A DNA stretch of 63,009 nucleotides, filler included, from Choristocarpus tenellus KU-1152 (Eukaryota; Protista; Phaeophyceae): assembly GCA_964200185.2 (NCBI GenBank). It is 9 parts of 9 records of this genome, joined end to end, with 100 filler letters (N's around TTAATTAATTAA, not from the genome) between each part and the next. Parts side by side here need not be neighbours in the genome. Positions count along the whole stretch, not along the records: positions 49,605 to 57,077 come from CAXNAD020006104.1; positions 57,178 to 60,253 come from CAXNAD020022490.1; positions 60,354 to 63,009 come from CAXNAD020025911.1; 6 more parts are not named here. One strand, written 5' to 3'. The position numbers were made by a program, and so were the translations under genes. The notes beneath the pieces were generated by a model, which saw nothing but the letters and a program-made list of their open reading frames with translations, ran no database searches and was not told the DNA's origin. Below, in pieces: positions 49,505-62,019 of this stretch. Each line of letters opens with the position of its first letter. The first letter of the stretch is position 1.

Positions 49505-50214
49505 NNNNNNNNNNNNNNNNNNNNNNNNNNNNNNNNNNNNNNNNNNNNTTAATTAATTAANNNNNNNNNNNNNNNNNNNNNNNNNNNNNNNNNNNNNNNN
49601 NNNNATAGTATGCTCCATCCTCAATTTTGGTGAGGGGCTGTTCTATGGGGAGGTTGAAGATTTAGGCCAATTCGTTGTTATCAAAAGGGAGACGAAGAAC
49701 AGTCTCCACCTTTGATCGACGAATTGTGCCGGCACCGTTAACATAGTCCAAGGAACTGCTGATAAGTAGCCTTGTGAACTTGATTTGGTGTCAGTGGCGT
49801 TGTCAAGGGCAAAACGTGGAGCCCATCGGCTATTTCAACTTGCTTTTCTCTGAGGACCAAAACAATGTCATTGAGGCTACAAAGACTCGCAATGCAAGAA
49901 ATTAGGTCTTGAGATGTGCCACTGACATCCAGGATATATGGTGGACGCTCTTTTAGCCATAACATTGCTTGAGAGTGTGGACGGAAACAGTCAGAGTACA
50001 GAGCAAGAGGGAGGGTTTTACAAGGCTTGCAGATGGGAACTGCTTAAATTAATATATTCCTCTAACAACCACCTCAGGATCGTGCTCTCAGCATTTCGTT
50101 GACTACCAGTTGATGTGAGTATCAATTATTATTACTTTTACTTGCCCAATTACAATTTTTTCTACCACAAAATATTTCTGTGATTATTGTATTTTATTAT
50201 GCGCCAAATTAGTC

Positions 50215-52644
50215 CAAGTCTGTGTACCTATATAAGAGAGAGGGTAGGGGCAATAAAACAAAACCTCTCTTATATCCCGATCCTCTCTTATTTCATATAA
50301 GAGCGCTTTTATCTTAAACCGAGGGATCGTGATAAGAGAAACTATTTTATATCGAGCAAAAGTGGTCGTAGGCACTTTATAGTTGTCCTCGAACGACGAC
50401 AGAGTGATGAACTTGCTGTATGTGCTTCCCATGTCCCTTCATGACTAGTTACATGTCGATATGTAATGAACACTGCCCTCGGTGAGCTCATTTCGATGGA
50501 GCTGTGGTGGTGAGCAAGCACCACATCTACACCATCCCTCCACAGTTTACCATTATCATATGCATACCCTACTGTAACTTGGGTAAAATTACACTCATTA
50601 CGATGTATTCACTCGTATGTAATAGTGCACCCTCCCAAGAAAAGCATCCCCAAGCCATCGGATGGCTGGACAGACGACTGGCAGTTCAAATCGAACTAAT
50701 GCTCAAAGCCAATCTCCCTCCAATACCCTGCCTCGCGTATTCAATTGAGGTCTACAAGGATATCATACACACTACAGTATCAATAATACTACCAAGAATC
50801 AAATGTGGCTGCACCGTCATGCATCTCCCATCGCACGCACTGAGTAAAACAACTTATTTGCTGATAAAAAAATCGCGACTGCCAAAAAAACTCTAATGTC
50901 CGCTTGTTTGATTGCCCTTGCCCCGATTGCGCTGAGTCAAGCTAGCTTTGCTTTCTGGAGATGATACGAAACATCGTTCATGCTGCACTCTTCATCGGTT
51001 GTTTCTACTAAGCTTGCAAACTTGTCACCTACTCGAGAGTACGACGGTGGAGGAATCAAGAACACCAAAGAGGCTACTCCTTTCCTCATGGCCCCAGATG
51101 CACTGCCCCTCCCATAAACCCATCGTCATCCTCATCACCCGAGCTTTCATGGTCTGACTGGTACAAGAATTTCTCGAGCAGCTGGTCTTTCATGTCCTCT
51201 AGTATCACATTGGCCAGTTCATTGTTGTCTTTCACACCAATCCACGCTCCTGCTGCGTTGATGGAAGCCTGAGACGACCTTCCGCCGAGTTTTAGGTGCA
51301 GAGGGTCAAGAGCATTAGATAGATCATTAATATATAGGGACATGTTGTGGGACGTTACCTCTACGAAAAAATTGGCCACCTATGACACTACACTACACAG
51401 TACATGTTAAAGCATCGCTCAAATCATAAAAAAAAATAAAGGTGATAAACCCAAGGAGATTGCTTGATGTCTGTAGAGTGATTGATTGATCTAAGTGGAG
51501 CATGGAGGATCCCCTAAAATCATAAATATTTCCTTTTCTATGAGAAATGTTCTCATACAGCTAGTCATTTCTAAAATGTTCTGATAACTTAATCACTACT
51601 GATTGTTCTCTTACTCCATATACAGTTTACCACAACTATTCGATAGAGTTGGAAGAGTCTAATGGAACAGTATAGACATTAAAGTACGACAGAAACGAGC
51701 ACAAAATTTCAAAAAATTAAATCATGATCCTCATCAGCACACAGTCCATAAAGACAATTCAAACACGAACGCAATCAACCTACTTTCAGAATTTCAATCC
51801 ACACGCTGACGTACCTCGGTATGCTTGGCACCCCTCGTAGACTTGGTGTCAGGCTTTAGCGTTTGTGTTTTCTCCATGATGGTTCTTACCTACTTCAACT
51901 TGTAGAGGGTGCTGTGACCGATTCCAAACTTTTGAGCAACCACAGTTCCCGTCATGGCCTTCAGGAGTTTCAATGCTTCCACCTTCTCTGCAGAGCTCAA
52001 GCGCTTACGATTGTTGGCACCACGAGGCTTGTAGGACGTGACTTTCTCCATGTTTGTTCTTGTTATCCTAGCGCTTCGGCGTCATGTTGTCACTGGCTGG
52101 AGGACTCGAAGCCTTGCGCTTGGTGGGGCTCACGCACATTTTGCACACGCGTTTCATTTCGCTGGCACCAAAAGGATCCGCGACGCCGCAAATGCCGTGA
52201 AGATAGTCGCTACAACGCGACACTTATGGCATGTATAGTGTGGTGGACCAGGAGTAATACCCTGCATGTTGCAGCTGGATCCCGCTGCACAGGGCATTGT
52301 TGTATCTGTACAATGCAGTCGTCTAAACCTTGATCTGATATACTGTCTGTACTCTACTGTGCAGTAGTACTGAGAGACTAAAGACTGCTATGTTGTGTAG
52401 TGCTGGTGTCGAGCAACTTTGTGCCTTGCTTTGTTATATTTTGTTGAACTTTAGACATGGATTTTTGTAAGAAACCCTTAGTCAAGTAGTGAAAAAAGAT
52501 GCAAGTTTTGCTCTTACGGGAGAGAATTGGGAGGAAAACGCCGAAACCTCTCTTGTAGCCTGAAAAGTCGTGACAAGGCAATTTACCCTCTCTTATATCC
52601 CATTTTTGTTAATATCGACCTCTCTTATATAGGTACACCGACTG
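50215..52644 (-). mobile_element. Pogo/Tigger-like (Tc1/mariner superfamily) internally deleted element with an intron-containing transposase remnant
   Basis: TIR TA|cagtcggtgtacctatataagagagg (right end, reverse) versus caagtctgtgtacctatataagagag (left end). The minus strand at about 52030-51815 encodes RKRLSSAEKVEALKLL...VAQKFGIGHSTLYKLK* (CENP-B/psq HTH). An acidic C-terminal segment lies at 51379-51086. Confidence 0.75.
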
Positions 52645-52646
52645 TA

Positions 52647-52825
52647 TAGGATATTTTCCGAATTGTGTCGAAATGTTTCTAACAACAGAGAAATATACCC
52701 TCTCAAGTCAAAGTTGTCATTTCATCCACACAAATGTGGGTGAATTGCAAATAATGATTGAAAAACTGTCTTGCAATGATGGAAAGCGGTATAAAACTGG
52801 GTAATACTTGTTTACTTTGTTTGAC
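52647..52825. mobile_element. MITE family A, right half only, abutting the pogo TIR
   Basis: Family A core and terminal ctgggtaatacttgtttactttg. Confidence 0.6.
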
Positions 52826-55271
52826 TCAACTGTGATCAAAAGGCAGCCCAAATGGAGGCAATGCACACTGCTTGAGAAAAGGCGAAAAAGTGGTGTAAAG
52901 GAAAAACGAAATAGTGGAAGAAAAGAAAAGCAAAACAAGAATAGAATACCCAGAATAAAAACATCGTCATCCCCCAAAAATATAAGGGGAAGAAGAGAAG
53001 AAGGAAAATGAACAAAGAAAGGATGCTAGAGAAATCAGCCCGCAAAGAAAGCAGCACTCAGCAGACTGTGATGGTGGTGGTGGTGGTGGTGGTGGCTTGG
53101 GCGACCTTAGGTGCTAGTTTGGTGTGACCTACATTAGCTATCACAGCTTCCTTGGAATGCCATTCTGCCATGAACCTCATTGTACCGTTAGCCACACACT
53201 CATGTCTCTGCTATTGATTAGTACCCTCGTTCCCCAACCCTCAACTCCAATCCCAAACTTGTCAAGGTCGTCTTGGAAACATGTCCACCAGTTCCTCTCT
53301 CATCCAAACTGCATTCGTATTCCACCCTGAAGCTCGTCAAACATCAATATCTTAGTGAGGCACTCACCTACCATGGGAGGAACTGATTCAGCAAATAGGA
53401 GCCTTTCATTGCACAGTGTTGCCTCAATATTCTCATACCCAGTCTTCATAAAATAATCCCTGGATAGGAGGGATGAAAAAGGTGGTATGAAGGGTAATGA
53501 TGAGCGTGTAAAGGGGGGTTCCTTCTTTGATGAGTGGAATAGAAATCACCATGTTGTATTCCGTACATCCTCGGAGTTGAACCATTGATGAGTCAGTATC
53601 AGCATGGAGGGGTTCGATGATAATGTGGGGAGTCCAGGACACCTCATAGTGTGAAGGTTGCGGCAGAGTCTAACAGAATCAGAGTTGGGATCAAAAGTGG
53701 TTCCTTGTGGAAAACAGGAGGAGCAGGAGCACATCCAGTGATAGTCCTGACCCCAACCCCAGTGATCACAAGATTTTGTCCCTCAGTGGTCTTCCCCACT
53801 ACCCTCGCTAGGGTTCAGGGAATGGCTACAATTAGAACAGGAGGTAGATGATGCCTTGGGGCAGGACAGAAGGGATGAGCTACTAGAGATAGCTTGTGTT
53901 ACAAGCGCTATGTGGCTGGTGAGGACCGAAAGAATTGTCAGAAGGCAAGAGTGAGACACGGGGTGATGATGGAGGGGGAAGTCTTCCTCTCCCTTTGATG
54001 ACGTTGTTCCAACTTCTTGATACAGAGGCGAAGTCTACAGAGAATGGACAGGAAGGGACATGGAGGCTTTTAAAAATCAAACTTCCACCTAGAGGCACGT
54101 CAGGGCAAAGAGGGTAACATATTTCGTATTGTGAACCTTTCCCAGTGAAAGGTGTATGTCTTTTAAGGCATGACTTAAAAGACACCAACTGTACTATACC
54201 AATAGCACAACTTGTGCAAAATCCAATCAGAATAGCTTCAGACCTTCATCACCAACAGAATATATATGGTGTCAAGATCTTTGACCAGCTATACGTAACT
54301 ATCGGGCATACTCAGTCTTTCTGCTGGGTACTTCTATATCATTTCACAGGATGGGAAGTGGAAGCTTAACTAAAAGAAGGGAGAGAAAATTTCAATAGCC
54401 TGATAGGTGTTGTCTTAAATATTATATATTGTTAAAAAGAGTGGCTTGACAAGCTTTTAGACTGTATGGTAGGATATCTACAAAAACAGAAAATGAACAT
54501 ATCTCACACAACAAGGATTTCCTCAACTAAGAGGTACATAACTCAGTCAACTCCTAAGAATTTTGACTACTGTCATTGGCCGCACCCAAGTTGCAGTGTC
54601 ATCTTCAAAAATTGGTCAGAGCAATGTGGATCAAAAGTTGTCAGAAGGCATTAAATATAAAATCACACAGCACAGAAGCTCATCAGTTCTTGATCCTATC
54701 TCAGGTAGCATCATAATACACAGTATCAGACACACAACACGCAATTGTACATGTGTAGTATTGGCAGTTCCTTGCTCTCACTCTAAAACCCCAAGTAGTG
54801 GATGGTGTGTGACTTGGTTCTGCAGTTCATACATAGTCACAACTAGGCACCAGAATGTATCTCAGTGATCACACCACACATCAGCATGGACCGTCTTTTG
54901 AGCACAGGACACAACAGAAGAATACTTGGAAGTGTGTATATCCTTGATATTTTATGTCACCAAGCAGGATCCATTACCATCATGCCCTCCTTGCTCACAT
55001 ATGGAGTGGTCAACTCTAATTGTCGAAAATCAACACTTTTTCTGTACTCGGGGAGTAATATGTGACCCTCTCTCTCTGCTACAGTATAAGCACTGCATAA
55101 CACAGGTCGTAACACTAATTCAATGTGTGCCAGCCTCCTGTTCACATCCACTTAAGGGTGAGCACTCACAATACACTGGAACAAAACAAATTCCTGGATC
55201 AGCCCATCTCAACCACAGATAAAAGGTTGGACTGAGGATAAAAGGAGGGCAAGAAATTGGGTGACAGAAAT

Positions 55272-55345
55272 GCTTCCCAACTTGGGTTTGAAATCAGCCA
55301 TGCACTTCTCTATCCAGCTAGCAGATCAACCAGCTGAGACTACAC
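55272..55345 (-). mobile_element. Possible tRNA-derived SINE head remnant
   Basis: The reverse strand shows an A-box-like tagtctcagctgg and a B-box-like gatttcaaaccc. No intact cloverleaf. Similar remnants occur near 28765-28795 and 61655-61715. Confidence 0.3.
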
Positions 55346-55974
55346 CTAATGCACTTGCTCAGACACATCTATGATACGCCAGATATGAAATGAAAACCTA
55401 CAGATAAAATGTCATCAGGCTATTATTCCGCCTCCTATCAACACAACCTGCCACTCCCTTCACATGCTAGATCAGAAACCAACTCCTTTTTTAACCACAT
55501 TGAAAATGTCGGCCAGCGAACTTATCTTCAATCAGTCAGTGAATCAGCAGCTACCTAGAGACCCCACAGCAATGCCATTGCAACAAAAATAATATTAATT
55601 GCAACAGAGGAATTCAAAACCCCTACACACATTCAGCGCCCAGTAACACATGGCATAAAGCACAGGAAATTTCCTAACTATGATTAGGCTACCACAATTA
55701 ATGCGCTCGTGTCAGACCTAAAAGAACCATCACATTATAAAACAATATTTCTACTGATGGCAAAATGATGTACAAGAAAGTGGGAAAGGGGAGGGGGGAG
55801 AGTGACTGCTCTACAGTACTCCACTATGATCACTCTTGGGTCCTTTATCCTCCTCTCACATCGACACATAAAAAAAACAGAAAATTCTCAAGCGCCATGT
55901 CACAACTCACATCTTAGCACCTGAACGAGATATGGTGGGGAGGAACAAATCAAATTCCTCTCTGTTCCTCCTCG

Positions 55975-57077
55975 TCACGCGAAGGGTGCACCCACCACGA
56001 TATCGCTTCCAAGGTTAATGTTAGTGTGAGTCCTTACAACACGCAACGGCCGTCCAGCATGTGCTTGAGTCGTGACGACAACGTGAGATGCAACGAAAAT
56101 CACCACCCCTGGTCGAAGATTGGTAACTCGGGTGCCATCTGTCGCAATTCCTGCACCCTCCAACACCATGCATATGGAAGGGACGCTGATGCTAGAAAGG
56201 GAGTATTCTGTTCCCCCTGGCACTTTCACATCATCAAGTTCAAAGTCTTTGATGGGGGGTGTGAATCGAACGCAGTTTGCATCCACTCTGATGGGCTCTA
56301 CCATCGGTGGAGCACCCATGTTGTATGTCAGAATCTCACACAGGAGAGGAACATCCCGATACTTTGGTGTCAGAGCTACACGCACCACATTATCTGATCG
56401 AGCCATAACCTAAGAGTTAAGGAGGATGGGAGTTCACAACATGAGGCAAGAGGGGTCAAAGGAATATGAGGGAGCAGCAGACATATATATATACACGTAC
56501 ATAGGTGTGGCTAGCCTTTTGTCTTGGCTGTCAAATACAACAATTGTAATGTTCATCTGGATCTGCAGCGCTGAAACAAAGAAAAATGGACTTAGTAGTG
56601 TGGGTATTGAGTCAAGCGTGTCAGGTCCTGGGTGGCCACGAGGTTCCAGAGTTCACAGGGTTCAAGGGCAGGGTTTGCTTCATAAGCTACAGTTCTCTCG
56701 CCTTTACATTGTGTCAACCCATACCTCCCATGTACAGGGTACATATACATCAACATAAGACCGAACGTATGATGACACTGGTGTTAATACCCTCAACAAA
56801 CAAAAGGGCTCAGGCAAGGTTACATACAAAATGTCTAATCACTCAATCAAGTAAAAATGGTAACATCCTAACCAAGCAACGTTGTACAAGCTGTGTCCTC
56901 TGTGTCCAGTCTCAGCAAATATTTTTGTCACAGTTCAAAGGGATACATCAAAGTCAACCAACTCAATAGTGTTCATTCTCAAACCTCTTCCCCATCTACA
57001 TTCACCCCTCACACACCTCCATGATGTCCCCCTTAAGGTAGGCATGGGGCTCATTGGCAGCCATGAAAAACGATTCC
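55975..57077 (-). CDS. MPI: Mannose-6-phosphate isomerase type I (phosphomannose isomerase), 3' two exons; 5' part lost in the gap
   Basis: Exon 57077-57017 ESFFMAANEPHAYLKGDIME (PHAY zinc-site motif) splices to 56409-55975 VMARSDNVVRVALTPKYRDVPLLCEILTY...FTPPIKDFEL plus a cupin C-terminus. Confidence 0.93.
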
Positions 57078-57207
57078 NNNNNNNNNNNNNNNNNNNNNNN
57101 NNNNNNNNNNNNNNNNNNNNNTTAATTAATTAANNNNNNNNNNNNNNNNNNNNNNNNNNNNNNNNNNNNNNNNNNNNGATCTCCCCCCTCCAAATGCCCC
57201 ACTCCAG

Positions 57208-58504
57208 GGTCTATACCGTGGCGTGTCTGCCATGCTCCTCCGAGATGGTTTGGGAAACAATGTATACTTTTGTTCTTATGAGATCAGCAAACAGGTGTGT
57301 TCCCATCCTTGGTGTTGCGCCTTTTCACCTTTGTTCTCAGTCCTCAATCAAAGCCCCAGAAAAAGCAACAGTAACCCTCAAACAAGCAAGCTCCATTATA
57401 AGTGTAGTTCTTCGGCGGAGCAATGAGATTGTCACATGATGTCCTTGTAGTATTTTTGAAAATGAATGTGCCAGTCTAGATTGCTTGATCAACTGCAAAA
57501 TGGTTGTCCCAGACTTTTCAGCTACGACCATGCCCATAGTTGCAAGACCTCCTTGCCAACACCCTTGCACTGACCCCCAATATCCTCTATCCTCTTGTAA
57601 CAATCACCGCCCCCACCTGCACACCCCAACATGTTTTTTACTCTTTAAATCTGAACTGTTGCGGCAGTGATCCACAGCCCCTTCATCATCTGGTTCCACT
57701 CACTACCCCCTTCCCACCCCCCAATGTAATGGTGTGTTTGCAGGCCTTAGCTGGGTTGGTTGAAACACCAGGATCAGTACCAGGGAACTCATCTATTGTC
57801 ATGGCTGGAGGGGTGGCAGGAGTGCTCTACACAGCTTCAGTTCACCCGGTGAGGCTTAAAATATGCACAGCATCCCACATGGTTGTTGGTGTTGTAGACA
57901 GCCGACAAATGAAGTCAGTACGTGTCATACCTTCATCCTAATAATTTCTTCTGGAAGAGGAGGGGGTAGTTATCAACAGGTTCAGCTGGACATAATGTAG
58001 GATTTAGAACTTGGGTGATTCAGGACTTTGCCCTACTCGCATGCCCAGTGACCAAGGCAATCCATGTCGGTTGACCTGTGACCTCAAACAAAGCATTTTC
58101 GAGTTTGTACAGGGTGAGATAGTGCCCATTACTTGGGATGTATATATATATATGTATATATTTCTGTACTCAAAATGTGATGTCTCCAGTGATAGTGTGT
58201 TACCCTTGGCATTACTCTAAACTGCGCCCCAAAATACCCCTTTCCCCTCTCCATGTTGTCTCTGGGAATTTGTCCATCAAAGATCGACACTGTCAAATCA
58301 CTCATGCAGACTGACTCCATGTCATCACCAAGATACACTGGATTTGTTGACTGTCTAAAGCAGGCTGTGGCAAAGGGAGGGGGGGGCATGAAGGGGTTTT
58401 TGGGGCTCTACCGAGGCCTCTCTCCAGCAATGTCGAGAGCATTCATTGGGAATGCTGCTCTCTTCCTTGCATTTGAAAACACAATGGATGCCATGGGAAG
58501 ATGA
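57208..58504 (+). CDS. Mitochondrial carrier (SLC25 family, carnitine/ornithine-like subgroup), 3' three exons; 5' part lost in the gap
   Basis: Exons 57208-57294 (GLYRGVSAMLLRDGLGNNVYFCSYE), 57744-57848 (MAGGVAGVLYTASVHP) and 58283-58504 (IDTVKSLMQTD...YTGFVDCLK...GLYRGLSPAMSRAFIGNAALFLAFE). The Px[DE]xxK signature is formed across the junction. Confidence 0.92.
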
Positions 58505-61500
58505 TACCACACAAGGCAGGAAACACAAATCATGACAAAGGAGCAAAAGTTCTACAAACTTAGATTGGGAGGGAGTTACTCTTCCATGGGGTTAGCACAA
58601 CTTATGAGCTACAGTCAATCACAAAGAGGGTGGAGCAGGAGGGACCTGTTCTAGACGGCTACGGATCGATGGTTGGTGGTATGCAATGTGCACAGATATA
58701 ATGACTAGATCTGATGTGCTTTGTGCAGTTAGAGAGTTACATCATGCAGATGCGTTATTCTACTCTCATTTCTAGCATGTACTGCTCTACTCTGCCGTTT
58801 TAATTATGGAGTTACATGATTGTGCTGTCCTGGCATTTTTTCTCATATGTTAGGTCAGTCTCTCAGTCTCACAGAGAGAATCTGGTGGGTAGAGTCTCAC
58901 TGGTGATGTAAAGATCACATTGTGCAGGGAATTTTTTTTTTGTTATTGTTGGAAGGGCAGGTGTCTACTGCCGCATGCATGGTAGTACAGAACAATTCGA
59001 TGCAGATGATCGGAATGGTGTAGCTGCGTCTCGCCAGACCATCACAATGCTGAACATTTTTTAGTATCTACTCTGGACATTTGTAAAGAAGGTACATATT
59101 TCTTATTCTGAACTGTAGTAGTAGAGGCAAAAATCTGTCTTGTGTTTTGTATATATTTGGCACTGTTTTGAAAAAAGGCACACACACTCTTGTGGACTCA
59201 GAACCGATCTCTAGTTTGAGTTGGAAGGCTTTTTCTCGTGTGTTTTGTGATGTCTGTTATTAGCCCATGAGCAGCCTGCGGCAAGCGATTCAACCTGAAC
59301 GCTTTGCTTTCTTTTATAGCTGTGTAAGGTGGATACAGGGCGATCCCCATGCACAGCAGCCCAAAAAGGAATAAAAAAAACATGATGTGTGGCGAGGTCC
59401 TTTCCCCCGAGCCATGGGGGAACAGTGACCTAAGCGGTGTACAGAGAATAATGTCATTATGTTTGCATTGCACACAGGATGCTTTATTATGCCCCAGTGC
59501 TTTTTTATTCTTATGCACCTCTTGGGTATAGGTGATCAGCCTCACTCATGCTCTGTCAAAACTGAAAAAAAGCCACAAGTTTCATGCGCTGGGAGAGTTT
59601 CTTCCCAGTGGCTGAGATGACTCATCTATTTTTGTGAATGGGACGAGTTGGCTGTTAAGGGGCCTGAGGTTGGTTGGTTGGCTAGTTGGAGCATGCTCAT
59701 ATGGAAAGACCATGCATGTGGTAATCATAGTAGTCCGTGTGGGCCATTGGTCACATTACGATGTGCTCAGGGGGTATTTGGTGATGAATAAGGCCTTTGT
59801 GCAAAGGTCAATAGTAGGGACTCCAAGAAACAGACAAGTACATTCAGGGTACCATATCACAACTCCACCAGTGTAGGAAAGGAAGGCGAACAATGATTTG
59901 GCCAGGTTCAGATTAATTAGGGATCAATTCAGCATCCAATACAAACCGGAAGGTAGGAGTACTCTGGCAGTCAGCTGTTAAGTCCCACTCTTGGGTGAAG
60001 GACCTCCAACTTACACTCTTGAATCAAACCAAACCAACCTGACATTGCAATATGGAAACTTATGTGTGCCTTAGTTCAGAGTAAAGAGGGCAACAGTTAA
60101 AGATGTTGAATTTTTCAAGACCTCAACTTGACCTCAAAATACCATAATATATCACATACTACATAATGTGAACAAAAAAGTGCAAATTACCTTGGGAGGT
60201 AATGCTATTTGTTAGTAGTGAAGATAAGAAGGTGTGAAGCCTCACACGACCCCNNNNNNNNNNNNNNNNNNNNNNNNNNNNNNNNNNNNNNNNNNNNTTA
60301 ATTAATTAANNNNNNNNNNNNNNNNNNNNNNNNNNNNNNNNNNNNNNNNNNNNATCCTCAATGAAAAGCTCCATCCTCAATTTTTGAAATCGGCTGTTAA
60401 ACAAATAACGCTTTTTGCACAGAACCTTTCGCTTTCTTTGCTAGCGAATTTTGGACCAACATATTACCCACTCTTACCCTTTCTCGAGATCCTCAAAATG
60501 GAACCCTGCCTATCTCTCAATTGGTTTGGCTCACTTCACTCCTCATGAACTGATGTCCCACCATTCACTTCATACCACACTAACGCCACACCACCACCAC
60601 CTTGTTACCACCCCAACCATACAATCCACGTATCCACTTTCCAAATAAAATAACAATGCCAGCCAATTTCCGCATATCCATTCTCCAAAACGGTTTGGCC
60701 AATCCACATGTTCCATCCAAAAAATGTGCTCAACTTCCGCGTATCCACTCAAACACCAATCCTCCCAAAAAGGCCCAACTCCATTCAAGACGCACCACAT
60801 TCATCCAAGAATACCCCACAATCATCCAGAGCACTCCACCGTAATCCACTCCCATACCGTACCTTGAACTAGAAGACATCTACCCTGCCCGAGCTTGACT
60901 CCCCCTGATCATGCTACTCCATCGTGAACAATCGAGAGGGTGGGTGGGTGGGAAAAGATTGCTCAACGTGCACCTTCGGTCTGCCCTCTTGGTCCTCTTT
61001 CCAATAACGTTGATCCTCGACAATCTTCTGCCTACAATATATCGTACTTCTCATCTCGACACCAATCGTCCCCAAAGATTAAGTTTCTGAATTCCAGACC
61101 CTCCAAATTTCACCGTTCACTCTACCATTATTTTTTTTCTTTGTCAGAACAACCCTTGGTTGACTGATTTCTCCCGAGACAAATTCTCCCCCCCAGAAAA
61201 CTCAGTTTATTCATAAACCTTCACTCTTCCTCTACAGGTGCCCTCCTTTCCCCTCCAGCAGCATAACAGGACCAGGATAGGATATAAGGAGGAGGTATAG
61301 TGAGATGACTGAAGAGGCAGTCGTGCATAGTGAGTTTACCGCGTTAGTAGTATCAGTAGTATTTCTCGTGCTACTGCTGTAATAACAATACTGCGACGAA
61401 TACCTCTTCCACTACGAACAATTGTACTCCTATCTCGTCTGTTCATGCCGTGCTTTTCACGCATTGAGCCCAGTCAACCCACCTCTCGCCACTCCACTCT

Positions 61501-62019
61501 TGCGCTGAACTCGCCAAAACGTTCCCACTTTCATCATGATGCGGCGTTTTTTGAGTTATATAGCACATAATGGATATAGGACAGATGTAAAACCCGTTGC
61601 GCTTTCTAGGTGGAAATATTTGCATAATCGAAACCAAAATCCATGAAAAGAAAGCTGACCTCAATGGGACTCGAGCCAACGAAATTCATGCAGGGAACTG
61701 CTTCCATAACCAACCATTGGGGCAAATCTTCACAAATCCAAGATTTAGGGGTTCACTCTTTCAATTTGTAGATACGAACAATTTGTATTCATCGTATATA
61801 ATTATGCCTTCTGACATTTTCCAGATGTGTGAGGGGAAAAGCCAATTCCATATCATAAAGGCCCCCTGTAAAAGCAGCAGCTGTCATAAATGCAAAAGAT
61901 ATATCTCTAAAATATATTTTCTACTATACGACTATCAGCTATACTACAGCACTTAAGGATCGTAATTACAGTGTGATGTGTGACACTGCTGCTATGCCTC
62001 CAACCTAGCTTACCCCCAC

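Noticed and set aside
53100-54200. Short ORFs suggesting a gene
   Set aside because: No coherent exon chain and no recognisable domain.
60440-61260. C/A-rich retroelement-like ORFs
   Set aside because: Compositional bias only, with no RT, endonuclease or RNase H motif recognised.
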